In this document: piece after piece, positions 32,680 to 42,053 of the stretch
How positions within the stretch are numbered: the stretch's first letter is position 1
Layout of the letters: every line of letters starts with the position of its first letter
From: Octopus bimaculoides
Lineage: Eukaryota
Length of the DNA stretch: 42,053 nucleotides
Direction of reading: 5' to 3'
Assembly (NCBI RefSeq): GCF_001194135.2
Contig: NC_068988.1
Span: 9,678,229 to 9,720,281, forward strand
The notes under the pieces: generated by a model
Database searches by the model: none
Told to the model about the DNA's origin: nothing
The model's input: only the letters and a program-made list of their open reading frames with translations
Translations under genes and position numbers: made by a program

Positions 32680-33096
32680 TGCATAACTAGCCCATTTTAA
32701 AAGTATCCTTGAATCATCGGGTGCTACGCTGCGATTGAGAAGACCTATTGAGTCAAGTAAAATCAAAAGGAAACCAAGATCGAAATCAAAATGGAAATTG
32801 TAGTTGTGGCCGATGCCAGTGCCACCTGACTGGCACCTGTGCCGGTGGCACGTAATAAACACCATTCAAGCATAGGCTGATGCCAGTCCCACCTGACTGG
32901 CTCCCGTGTCGGTGGCATGTAAAAAGCACCCACTACACTCTCGGAGTGGTTGGCATTAGGAAGGGCATCCAGCTGTAGAAACCTTGCCAGATCAGGTTGG
33001 AGCCTGGTGCAGCCTTTTGACGTACCAGCCCTCAGTCAAACCGTCCAACCCATGCCAGCATGGAAAGCGGATGTTAAACGATGATGATGATGATGA
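32680..33096 (+). mobile_element. LINE 3' UTR (family D), long copy with 2 internal units
   Basis: ...GGCACGTAATAAACACCATTCAAGC...CACTACACTCTCGGAGTGG...GGAAAGCGGATGTTAAAC(GAT)n. Confidence 0.88.
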
Positions 33097-33223
33097 GGGT
33101 GTGTAGATAGTTTTTTTCTGTAGCTCTCTTTATTAAAGGATTATTTCACACTCATTTGTATTTCCATTGCAAAAATTAGGAATATGATAATGTTGGAGGT
33201 TTGACTGTTGAAACACACCTCAT

Positions 33224-33400
33224 TTGTCGAGTCTTGCTGTCATAGTTACTATTGTTGACCCATAGTATCATGGAAACTGTTGTTGAGTCTTGATGTCATA
33301 ATAACTCTTGTTGATTCATAATGTCACTGTAGTTGAGTCTTTGTCATGGTAACTGTCATTGAGTCTCGGTGTCACGGTAATTGTGTTGTTGAGTCTTAGT
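33224..33400. repeat. Degenerate ~28-bp tandem array, ~6.5 units
   Basis: Consensus TTGTTGAGTCTTGATGTCATRGTAACTG; see findings. Confidence 0.75.
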
Positions 33401-34181
33401 GCCTACCTACCTATCAGACCGAGGAATTGAGCCATCAAAATAAAGGGAATGTGGTTACACTGATTGTGAATCTCACCAACATGGCTGGATGTTTCCCAGG
33501 AGGGGAATATTCTACATATTAAACAGGAATACATGTGTTGCAAAATCCTCAATTAAATGAGATTACCCAGTCAATTAGCCAAAAAACAACAAAAAAAAAA
33601 AATCCATCTGGTGGTGTTTAAAATCTAAAAACAAACACAAGGGAGGTAACTCCAATAAAGTCAGTTGATCGAAATTTGTCAGACAAATATAGATTGAAAT
33701 ACAAAGAATATTAAATTAAAATTATTGATTTGAATTCTTCCACACAATTTGATAATGGAAAAGTTCAACTTATACAGACTTGAACTGATACAGAATACAA
33801 TGATACACAGAAATTGATTGAAGAAAAGAAATATAGAAAAATCTAATTTATCATATTATTCGTATGAAAATTATTACTAGAGAATTTAGATGTACTTCTT
33901 CCACCAAATGGTTTTTAAAATTAGTTTTGTTTGTTTCAGTGTATATTAATTACTTAAATTAAATTTAATTTCTCATAGCAAAATGTTATAATTTTGTTAA
34001 TGGCTTGAAAAATCTTAAAATATGTTTATTTCTCTCTTTTAATTTTGTTTTTCAATTTTCACATAATTACGGTTTCTAACATAGGCATGAGACCTGAAAT
34101 TTTGGGTAGGGGCAGGTGGGTAGTCAATGCCCTCAGTCCCCAGTATTTTACTGGTATTTTATTTTAATGAACAGTGAAGAC

Positions 34182-34475
34182 ACGTGGATTATTGGTCAAG
34201 GTATTCAGCTCACAAGTACAAGGTCATGAGTTTGATTCCTGGTGAAGTGTTGTGTCCTTGGGCAAGACACTCTATTTCACTCAGCTGGCAGAAATAAGTA
34301 GTACCCATGATTCTAAAGGGCCAGCCTTGTCACACTCTGTGTCACGCTGAATCTTCCTGAGAACTATATTTAGGGTACGTGTATCTGGGGAGTGCTCAGC
34401 CATGTGTATGTTAATTTTATGAGCAGGGTGTTTTGTTGATTGGATCAACTGGAACCCTCATCGTCATAACTGACA
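34182..34475 (+). mobile_element. SINE family C
   Basis: GAGTTTGATTCC B box, GTGTCCTTGGGCAAGACACTCTATTTC, ...GGATCAACTGGAACCCTC. Confidence 0.8.
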
Positions 34476-34512
34476 AAGTTGATCTTTTGGCAGGATTCAA
34501 ACTTAGTCTTGC

Positions 34513-34544
<32 letters not shown>

Positions 34545-34724
34545 AAACCATATATTCCCAATCACCTTGAATTTCAAACCATTTTCATTTCAATTACTTT
34601 TGATATTAGGTTCACAGAACTGTTCAGGGATTGAACAAATTGCTTTAATGGTATTTAAATATGGTTCTCTACAATCTGAGTTCAAACCTTACTAGGTTAG
34701 CTTTACCTTTCCTTTTTTCTTTAT

Positions 34725-35107
34725 CATCATCATCATCGTTTTAATATCTTCTTTTCCATGCTTGCATGGGTCAGATGAAATTCGTTGAAGGGATTTTCTA
34801 CAGCCAGATACACTTCGTGTCACTAGATCCCTCCCTTTTTCAAGCAAGGAATTGGTTCTCGGTTGTCTTACATGTTTTCATGGGAAATTAGAAATAAACG
34901 ATACTGCTTGTATGACAGTGACACTTGTTTACAATCATCATTCAATGTCAAGACAAGGACACAGATGCATGCACGCATACAACTTTCTGTCTACCAAATC
35001 CACTCATAAAGCTACAGTCAGCACAGGGCTATGGTGCAAAACACTTGCCCAAGGTGCCATATAATGGATCTGAACCCAAAACTCTTAACTGCACAGCCAT
35101 TCTTGCA
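34725..35107 (-). mobile_element. D2 LINE tail (34725-34965) followed by a SINE A head (34985-35107)
   Basis: (ATC)n...TTCCATGCTTGCATGGGTCAGATGAAATT; CTACCAAATCCACTCA...CACTTGCCCAAGGTGCC. Confidence 0.75.
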
Positions 35108-35633
35108 CTTAAGTGGTTGTTATACGAAAGTACCAGTCACGTAGTGAGGTTAATTCAAACTCACCCTCCACTCATGTTTGACCTTGTACCAATGTTAGAA
35201 ATCAATATTCTGAGCATTTATATCTCTGAACTTGACCTAAATCATATAGGTTTTTATAGACATTTGTTAGTATAGATTATCTTAATCTCAAATCCTGAAG
35301 ATTATCCTTCAATCCTGGCATGTGTTCTGTATGCACGCTTTCTATTTTCTCTGTTGATAATTGTTGTGGCCACAACATTAGCAATAACAGTGAGTTATAT
35401 TTTAGTGGTAATGGTTGTATTAACGACCCCATGACCAGATAGTAAATGATGATTGGTTGGCCAGATAGAGGCTAAATTCCTAATCTTGCTTGAGTTTAGT
35501 GTTAGGTAGTAAATCCTCTATCGGTGGTAAACATTTGAACAACTGGAAGGAAATAATTTTGCTCCTTGAAAGCAGCTTTTTTTCTCTGCTTGTGGGTGCA
35601 GTTAATTGCAGCTGCAATTTACCACTGTTGCAG

Positions 35634-35740
35634 GCATGCCTCAACAATATTTTCACAAGACACCAGAACAGTATTACTGTTCTGATATTACCAATAATGC
35701 TGTTCCAAAACAACATACAGATCGTTATCTTCATCTTCTG
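35634..35740 (+). CDS. Best candidate internal exon (107 nt) of an unidentified + strand gene
   Basis: Acceptor TTTACCACTGTTGCAG|G, donor CTG|GTAAGC; frame (G)MPQQYFHKTPEQYYCSDITNNAVPKQHTDRYLHLL (phase 1 in, 0 out); a second frame is also open. Could equally be a UTR or lncRNA exon. Confidence 0.4.
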
Positions 35741-35784
35741 GTAAGCGGACAAAAATTCTTGTCTATTTTTTTACTTTTATCGTT

Positions 35785-36360
35785 TATTTGTTGTAGCCAT
35801 TGGACTGTGGCCATGCTGGTGGGTGGGGTGGGATGGGGTGGTGAGGAGCCCTGTCTTGATAAGGTTAGTTGAGCAGATTGTCCCTGGTACTATCTTTTTT
35901 TTTTTTTTNNNNNNNNNNAGCCCTGTCTTGATAAGGTTAGTTGAGCAGATTGTCCCTGGTACTATCTTTTTTTTTTTTTTTTTTCAGGTCTGGTACTTAT
36001 TTTCTTATTTTGTCAGTCTCTTTTTTCTGAACTGCTAAGATATGGGGATGTAAACAAACCAACACTGGTTGTTGTCATGCAGTGGTGGGGGACAAACACA
36101 CACACACTCACACCACACCACAAACCACACTATACACACACACACTACACACACACACACACACACACACACACTACACACACACTACACACACGTACAT
36201 GATAAGCTTCTTTCAGTTACCATATGCCGAAACCATTCTTAAGCTTTTGGTCAGCCTGTAACCATAGAAGACACTTGCCCAAGTTTCCACACAGTGGGAT
36301 TGAAACCCAAATGATGTGATTGGGAAACCAGACTTCTTAACCATACAGCCATGCTTGCAA
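35785..36360 (-). mobile_element. Full SINE family A, containing an assembly-duplicated segment
   Basis: Tail ~35785-36080, (AC) linker, head ~36200-36360. Confidence 0.8.
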
Positions 36361-36799
36361 CTTATACCAATGTCTGCTAAGTATCTAAGTAAAGCTTTAA
36401 AACTTATCCTCTTTACCTTATTTATCATTAGTCTGTGGTCATGCTGGGGCACTGCTTAGAAGAATTTTCACTCGAATGAATTGACTCGAGTACTTATATT
36501 TTTTGTTAAGCCTGGTACCGCTAAGTCATGGGGATGTAAATATACCAAAACCAGTTGTCAAGCAGATTGGAAGACAAACATACACTCAAAAAAACACGCA
36601 CACGCACACATGCACACACGCACACTCAAACACACACACACATACACACATCAGTTGGAGGATTGAAAAGGCATGTCAAAAGAGTTCATACTGTGGCACC
36701 TGTTCCTTCTACCAGCTAGCACAGCTGTGCATCATGTAATAGGATGCGCAAGATTTTTGCCGGACTCAAGAGTCATAGAAGGGCCTTGCATTGTATCAA

Positions 36800-37007
36800 C
36801 AATGACTCATATATACGGTATATATAATGAGAATTTACAAAAAGTAAAAGACGAAGACGGGTGTGTAAACAACAAACAGATGTATTAGTTTAATGCTCAG
36901 GAAGTGAGAAAGTCTTTTACGTTTCGAGCCTATGCTCTTCAACAGAAAGGAACACGGGGAAATAAACAGGGAGAGAAAATAGAAAAAGGTTTAGTGGCTA
37001 GCGATCT

Positions 37008-37010
<3 letters not shown>
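36800..37010 (-). mobile_element. Penelope-like element terminal fragment
   Basis: Minus strand CTGTTGAAGAGCATAGGCTCGAAACGT, the CTGA.GA...CGAAAC signature of Penelope-like termini. Confidence 0.6.
36914..36949 (-). ncRNA. Minimal type-I hammerhead ribozyme motif with one core substitution (probably inactive)
   Basis: CUUU-CUGUUGA-A-GAGC-AUAG-GCUC-GAAA-C-GU-A-AAAG: stem I CUUU/AAAG, stem II GAGC/GCUC, self-complementary ACGU as stem III. Confidence 0.6.
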
Positions 37011-37037
<27 letters not shown>

Positions 37038-37054
<17 letters not shown>

Positions 37055-37200
37055 TTATACATGCATATATATATGTGTGTGTGTGTGTGTTTATACATGC
37101 ATACATATATGTGTGTGTGTGTGTGTGTGTTTATACATGCATACATATATGTGTGTGTGTGTGTGTGTTTATACATGCATACATATATATGTATATATAT
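37038..37200. repeat. Compound minisatellite (GT)n-TTTATACATGCATA-(TA)n, 4 copies
   Basis: Core starts at 37054, 37090, 37130 and 37168. Confidence 0.9.
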
Positions 37201-37204
37201 ATAT

Positions 37205-37363
37205 GATGGGCTTTTTCCAGTTTCCATCTACAAAATCCACTCACAAGGCTTTGGTTGGCTGTGGAGGCTATAGCAGAAGACATTTGACCAAGGTTCCACA
37301 GTTGGATTGAACCCAGAACCATGTGGTTGGGAAGTAAGCTTCTTACCACACAGCCATGCCTGT
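37205..37363 (-). mobile_element. SINE family A head
   Basis: GATGGGCTTTTTCCAGTTTCCATCTAC...CTTACCACACAGCCATGCCTG. Confidence 0.85.
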
Positions 37364-37732
37364 GTCTTATCAAATTTCATTTATTTATTTACGCCTTGTC
37401 CTTCAATGTACTTCTTTGTATGTGTACTTTCATTCATGCTTCTTGTATTTATTTGATAATAATCTTGCTTTTATCAGCTACGTCATTTCAATAAATGGGA
37501 GCAACTTTGGAGGTGTATAACTTGTTTCAATCCAACATTTTTTCCAGTACCTCAGCAAATGACTCATTACCTTTGTGTGTGTATATATATATAAGTAGAT
37601 ATATATATATGACGCATGATCTTCTTGCATCCTGTTTGGTTAAAAGTCAATTCAAATATTAGTTGCTTTATATATGTAATGTCAAGGATTTAAAACAGGA
37701 ACTCTAGTAACTATTTATCAACAAATACACAT

Positions 37733-38107
37733 ACATTCCTTTCTAGTCTAGAATTTATTGACCCCAAAAGGAAGAAAGGCAATGTTGACCTCGATGGAAT
37801 TTGAACTCAGAACGTAAAGACAGATGAAATACTGATAAGTATTTCGCCCGGCACACTAACATTTCTGCCATCTTGCCACCTTAAATAAACATTCTTTTCT
37901 ACTCTAGGCACAAGGCCCGAAATTTTTGGGGAGGGAGCCAGTCGATTAGATTGACCCCAGTATGCAACTGGTACTTAGTTTATCGACCCCGAAAGGATGA
38001 AAAGCAAAGTCGACCTTGGCAAAATTTGAACTCAGAATGTAAAGACAGACAAAATACCACTAAGCATTTCACCCAGTGCACTAGTGTTTCTGTCAGCTTG
38101 CCGCCTT
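37733..38107 (-). mobile_element. Two SINE B copies head-to-tail (37733-37883; 37891-38107)
   Basis: Each has AATTTGAACTCAGAA(C/T)GTAAAGACAGA. Confidence 0.88.
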
Positions 38108-38530
38108 CAAATACACATACATTAACTGCAGATATTTTATCCTTTTATGGTCATAAGAGCTATATATATATATATATATATATATAAGAATAAATGATAT
38201 ATGTATGTATATATAATTTATTCTTTCTTTGTCATTGCACTGCAGCCAATCTTGGGTACCATTTTGAAGAATTTAGTTGAATAAATCGATCCCAGTTTTT
38301 ATTCTTTTCTGAGGTCTGAAATTTATTCTATTGGAATATTTTACTTAGCTGATACATTGTAGGGATGAAAACAAACCAACACTAGTTGCCTGGAGACCAC
38401 ATAACATATATCAGCAGACACAAACTATCTGGCATCGGTGCCAGATCTGCCAAATCACATGATCATCATTGATATTTTTTTGATAAGTCTGTTGGTTATT
38501 TTCAACTTTTCAGTTACTGTTATTCTGTAG

Positions 38531-38643
38531 ATTGTTGACGGTGAAATTTGGTTGGTATGCAATGAGTGGATATCTGTCACTGAGGAAGCACAACATGCTG
38601 AAATCATAGGATTTGACACATGATTTGCTCTCGTACTTGACAG
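38531..38643 (+). CDS. Candidate exon: 24 nt to donor TTG|GTATGC (38554), or 113 nt to CAG|GTATTA
   Basis: Acceptor TTCAGTTACTGTTATTCTGTAG|; phase-0 frame IVDGEIWL(VCNEWISVTEEAQHAEIIGFDT*), in frame with 35634-35740; TGA at 38621-38623. Confidence 0.3.
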
Positions 38644-38855
38644 GTATTATCTGCTAACAATATACATCTGTTCACTTAGTGCTGTGTGTCTGTATAAGTA
38701 GACCTACCAAAGCAAATACCACAGTATTCAATATTTTAAGAATATATCCATGTTGATTGACCTTTGCTGTTAATACTGTTTCCATTGCAAATATATATAT
38801 ACACATGCATATATCTTTATATATGTATGTATATATCTATATATACATCTATCTA

Positions 38856-38904
<49 letters not shown>

Positions 38905-39186
38905 CAAAAACATATGTAGATATGTTGGAGTTAAGAAATCAATATTCGAAGCCTTCAAAAGGATATATTTTTTTCATATCACATACTTTATGCCTTAAGT
39001 TATAAAAATGTAGAAAAAAATTATATTATATATATATAAAAAATAGCTGCAAAAATATAATAACAAATATAGGTTTAAATATAAGAATATGTATGTGTGA
39101 GTGCATATATTTGTATGTTGGCAATCTAAAATTATCTTACGATCGTTTATTATCATAGAAGAATGCCTTCCATCTCATTCTTTTAA

Positions 39187-39221
<35 letters not shown>

Positions 39222-39222
<1 letters not shown>

Positions 39223-39371
39223 ATGGGCTTCTTCCAGTTTCCATCTACCAAATCCACTCACTAGGCTTTGGTCAGCCCAAGGCTATAGTAGAAGACTCTT
39301 GCCCAGTGGGACTGAACCCAGAACCATGTGGTTGGGAAGCAAGCTTCTTACCACACAGCTGCACATGCGCC

Positions 39372-39373
<2 letters not shown>
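39222..39373 (-). mobile_element. SINE family A head
   Basis: ATGGGCTTCTTCCAGTTTCCATCTACCAAATCCACTCAC...CTTACCACACAGC. Confidence 0.85.
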
Positions 39374-39402
<29 letters not shown>

Positions 39403-39867
39403 GACCACTGGGGTGGCATCCTTCATAATCTAAAACAATGCAAGGAAGCACTTTGTGTTTTTTAGAGAGAGAGAGAGAGAGAGAGATTTGTGTATGAAGC
39501 TTATTTGGTAAAATATAATTTAAAGTTTTCTAATTAGCTCTTTCTTTCCTGGTTTATTTTAGTCATTAGGCTCAATTCATTTACAGACCAATATGGTTTA
39601 TCTTGTTCTTCTGTTGTATTTTTGGTATTAATTTATTATTCATTTCATGTAGTTACAACAGGAATAACATTGTCCAGCTTATGCTGTAACATACTTTAAC
39701 AAGCTGAGGAAGAATATTTTAAAGAATTGTTTTTTCCTTTCTGAGTGCTTTGGGTTAAATATAGGTTTATTAATAATCTTAATATTATTAGATATTGAAG
39801 TCTTCTAATTCTCTGGCAGAACAACGTAGGAATATGGAGATTTTAGAATTACTTATTAGTTGGAACT

Positions 39868-40770
39868 ACATAATGATGGGTGTAGGTTAAGAAGCAAGTT
39901 TTGTAAGTGTTTGGTTCCAGGTTCAGTCCCATTGCATGGCACCTTGGGTAAGGGTTTTCTATTATGGTCCTTGGTTGACCATTGCTTTGTAAGGGAATTT
40001 GATAAATAGGGAATTTTGTATTTAAGCCCAATGTGAGTATGCATGTGTGTGTGTGTGTGTGTGTGATGTTATAACGTGATGGACGAGACTATCAGATGTT
40101 GTTATGCACCACTGGTCATTGTGCTTCCATGCATTGTTTTAGCTTATAAATGATGCCACCCCAGTGGTTAGGCAAGCAGGTCAACACTCCTCCCTAATCA
40201 AGAGACTAGTCCTTCAGAGGGTGCACCTGTTGACAGCTGAGTGGACTGCGGCAACATGAAAGGAAGTGTTTTACTCCAGAGCACAATGTCCAGCTAACCT
40301 GGGAATCGAAACTATGATCTCATGATTCTGAATGCAACGAGCCTAACCACTTTACATGTGTGTGTGTGTGTGTGTGTATGACTGTGTCTTTGTGTTTGTC
40401 ACTCCACCACTTGACGGCCAGTGTTGGTTTGTTTATGTTTCTGTAGCTTAGTGGTTTGGCAAAAGGGACTGATTGAATGAGTATCAGACTTTAAAAAGTA
40501 TAATAAACACCCTCTACACTCTCGGAGTGGTTGGCATTAGGAAAGGCGTCCAGCCGTAGAAACCTTGCCAAATCAGATTGGAACCTGGAGCACCCCCTCC
40601 CCACCCTGGCATACCAGTTTTCGGACGAAACGTCCAACCCATGCCACCATGGAAAGCGGACATTAAAAGATGGTGATGATGGGACTGATTTGTTTGCCTA
40701 AGTCCTTCAAGGCAGCGCTCCAGTATGGCTGCAGTCCAATTACTGATGCAAGTAAAAGAAAAAAGGTTAA
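39868..40770 (+). mobile_element. Old SINE A split by a minus-strand C-type SINE (~40065-40355) and a D LINE tail (~40507-40680)
   Basis: Head 39868-40030, mid-part 40380-40505 and tail 40681-40770 are collinear with the reference copy. Confidence 0.7.
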
Positions 40771-40949
40771 AAAAAAAAAAAGCATATATGCAAATTATAT
40801 CATTGATGTTGTTTCTGGTTTGTTGTAGGATGAAGAATGGTTAAATTATTTCCATTTCAACCCCTAATTAAAACATGAAAATGCTAACATGCTAATTTTC
40901 CTCATGGGACCATTTAGACTGTCTTTTGCTTAAATATAGTTTCTGTTAT

Positions 40950-41100
40950 AATAATGAGAGGTTGAGATCAAATTCCACTGAGGTCGACCTCTCCTTTCAT
41001 CCTTTCGGAATTGGTAAAAAAGTGTTCCGATGAAACACTGGGGTCAATGTAATCAACTAGGTCCCTCCCATGAAATTTTAGCCTTTGGGCCTAAATTACG
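40950..41100 (+). mobile_element. SINE family B fragment
   Basis: AAATTCCACTGAGGTCGACCTCTCCTTTCATCCTTTCGG...CACTGGGGTCAATGTAATC. Confidence 0.75.
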
Positions 41101-41429
41101 AGGAGTTATAATGAGGAAGAGCTGAGTGTCAGGATCGTTAATGTATGAATTAGTTGCATAAAATGTATTAAAATCCTAAAAATTAAAAATTATTTTGTGT
41201 CTTTTAAAACACTTCATTATTTTGGCTTAAGCTGGTAAAAATTAAAATGCTACCAATGATGATTAATGACTTTTAAGAAAAATTTAAAATGTCCTGTTGT
41301 AAAATCTCTCATCCATCAATTCAGAAAACGTAAAGGTTTTTTTTTTTCTTTTTTGTTTGTTTTCAAAACCATCAAAATTCTTTTAGATTGATTAATAAGT
41401 TCTAAATATTTAGATAAAAAAAAAAAAAA

Positions 41430-41580
41430 ACAGGCGTAGGTTGTGTGATTAAGAAGTTTGCTATGCAACCATGTGGTTTTGAGGTCAGTCCCACTGCATG
41501 ACACCTTAGGCAAATGTCTTCTGTGTCAGTTGCTATATCTCCAGGTAAACCAGAGTTTTGTGAGTGGATGTGATTGATAG
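41430..41580 (+). mobile_element. SINE family A head
   Basis: GGCGTAGGTTGTGTGATTAAGAAG...GGTCAGTCCCACTGCATGACACCTTAGGCAA. Confidence 0.75.
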
Positions 41581-41697
41581 TAATTGCATGTTAGTGTGTA
41601 TGTATATGCAAGTGTATGTGTGTATACATACAATATATATATATATTGAACACCACGCATCCTCTTCCAAGTATATATATATATATAATAGAAATAG

Positions 41698-42053
41698 AAT
41701 GAATGGGAGAAAGAGAGCCTGCCGTATGTCGACCCAATAGAGGGACCAGCTATCCGAGTTGATAGTACCAGGGTAGATAAAGCAATTAAGAGTATGAAGA
41801 CCGGGAAAGCCCCCGGCCCATCAGGAATCACTGCAGAGATGCTCAAAATATCTGGCAGTGTTGGCTATAGCCTAGTCACCCGTATTACGAACCAGGTGAT
41901 ACACGAAGGAGTCATACCCAATGACTGGTGTAGCAGCATCATAGTCAACTGCTACAAAGGTAAAGGTGACGCTTTAGATACAAATAATTACAGAGGCATC
42001 AAGCTGTTAGATCAGGTTATGAAAGTTACAGAGAGGGTCATAGCCCAACTAAT
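41698..42053 (+). mobile_element. 5'-truncated RTE-clade LINE ORF2, N-terminal part of the reverse transcriptase, open to the window end
   Basis: NEWEKESLPYVDPIEGPAIRVDSTRVDKAIKSMKTGKAPGPSGITAEMLKISGSVGYSLVTRITNQVIHEGVIPNDWCSSIIVNCYKGKGDALDTNNYRGIKLLDQVMKVTERVIAQL. Contains the non-LTR RT motifs KAPGPSGI.AEMLK, IP.DW, KGKGD and NYRGI.LL. No stop codons. Confidence 0.93.

Noticed and set aside
35847-35985. 62-bp direct repeat on both sides of a 10-N gap
   Set aside because: Typical unmerged contig overlap ending in poly-T of different length; assembly artefact.

Overview
AT-rich, microsatellite-dense eukaryotic DNA with six N gaps. The repeat families match my recollection of octopus (Octopus sp.) SINEs and LINEs, so the organism call is an inference. 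No protein-coding gene can be named. Almost all ORF-track entries are microsatellite, N-gap or SINE translations. The window is dominated by three tRNA-derived SINE families (labelled A, B and C here), many 3' tails of RTE-type LINEs (family D, ending in (GAT)n), an open RTE reverse-transcriptase fragment at the right edge, a mariner transposase C-terminus with its TIR, two Penelope-like ends and DNA-transposon relics. A few splice-site-bounded open frames suggest the window is mostly intron of a + strand gene (best candidate 35634-35740), but this is unconfirmed. The most interesting items are: a ~105-bp-stem fold-back made of two SINE heads joined at the SINE's own internal hairpin (14904-15123); two minimal hammerhead-ribozyme relics in Penelope-like ends (36914-36949 and 4949-4985); an inverted duplication inside the mariner; and several nested or tandem insertions. 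Repeat boundaries are read by eye and approximate (about +/-15 bp) unless a motif is quoted.
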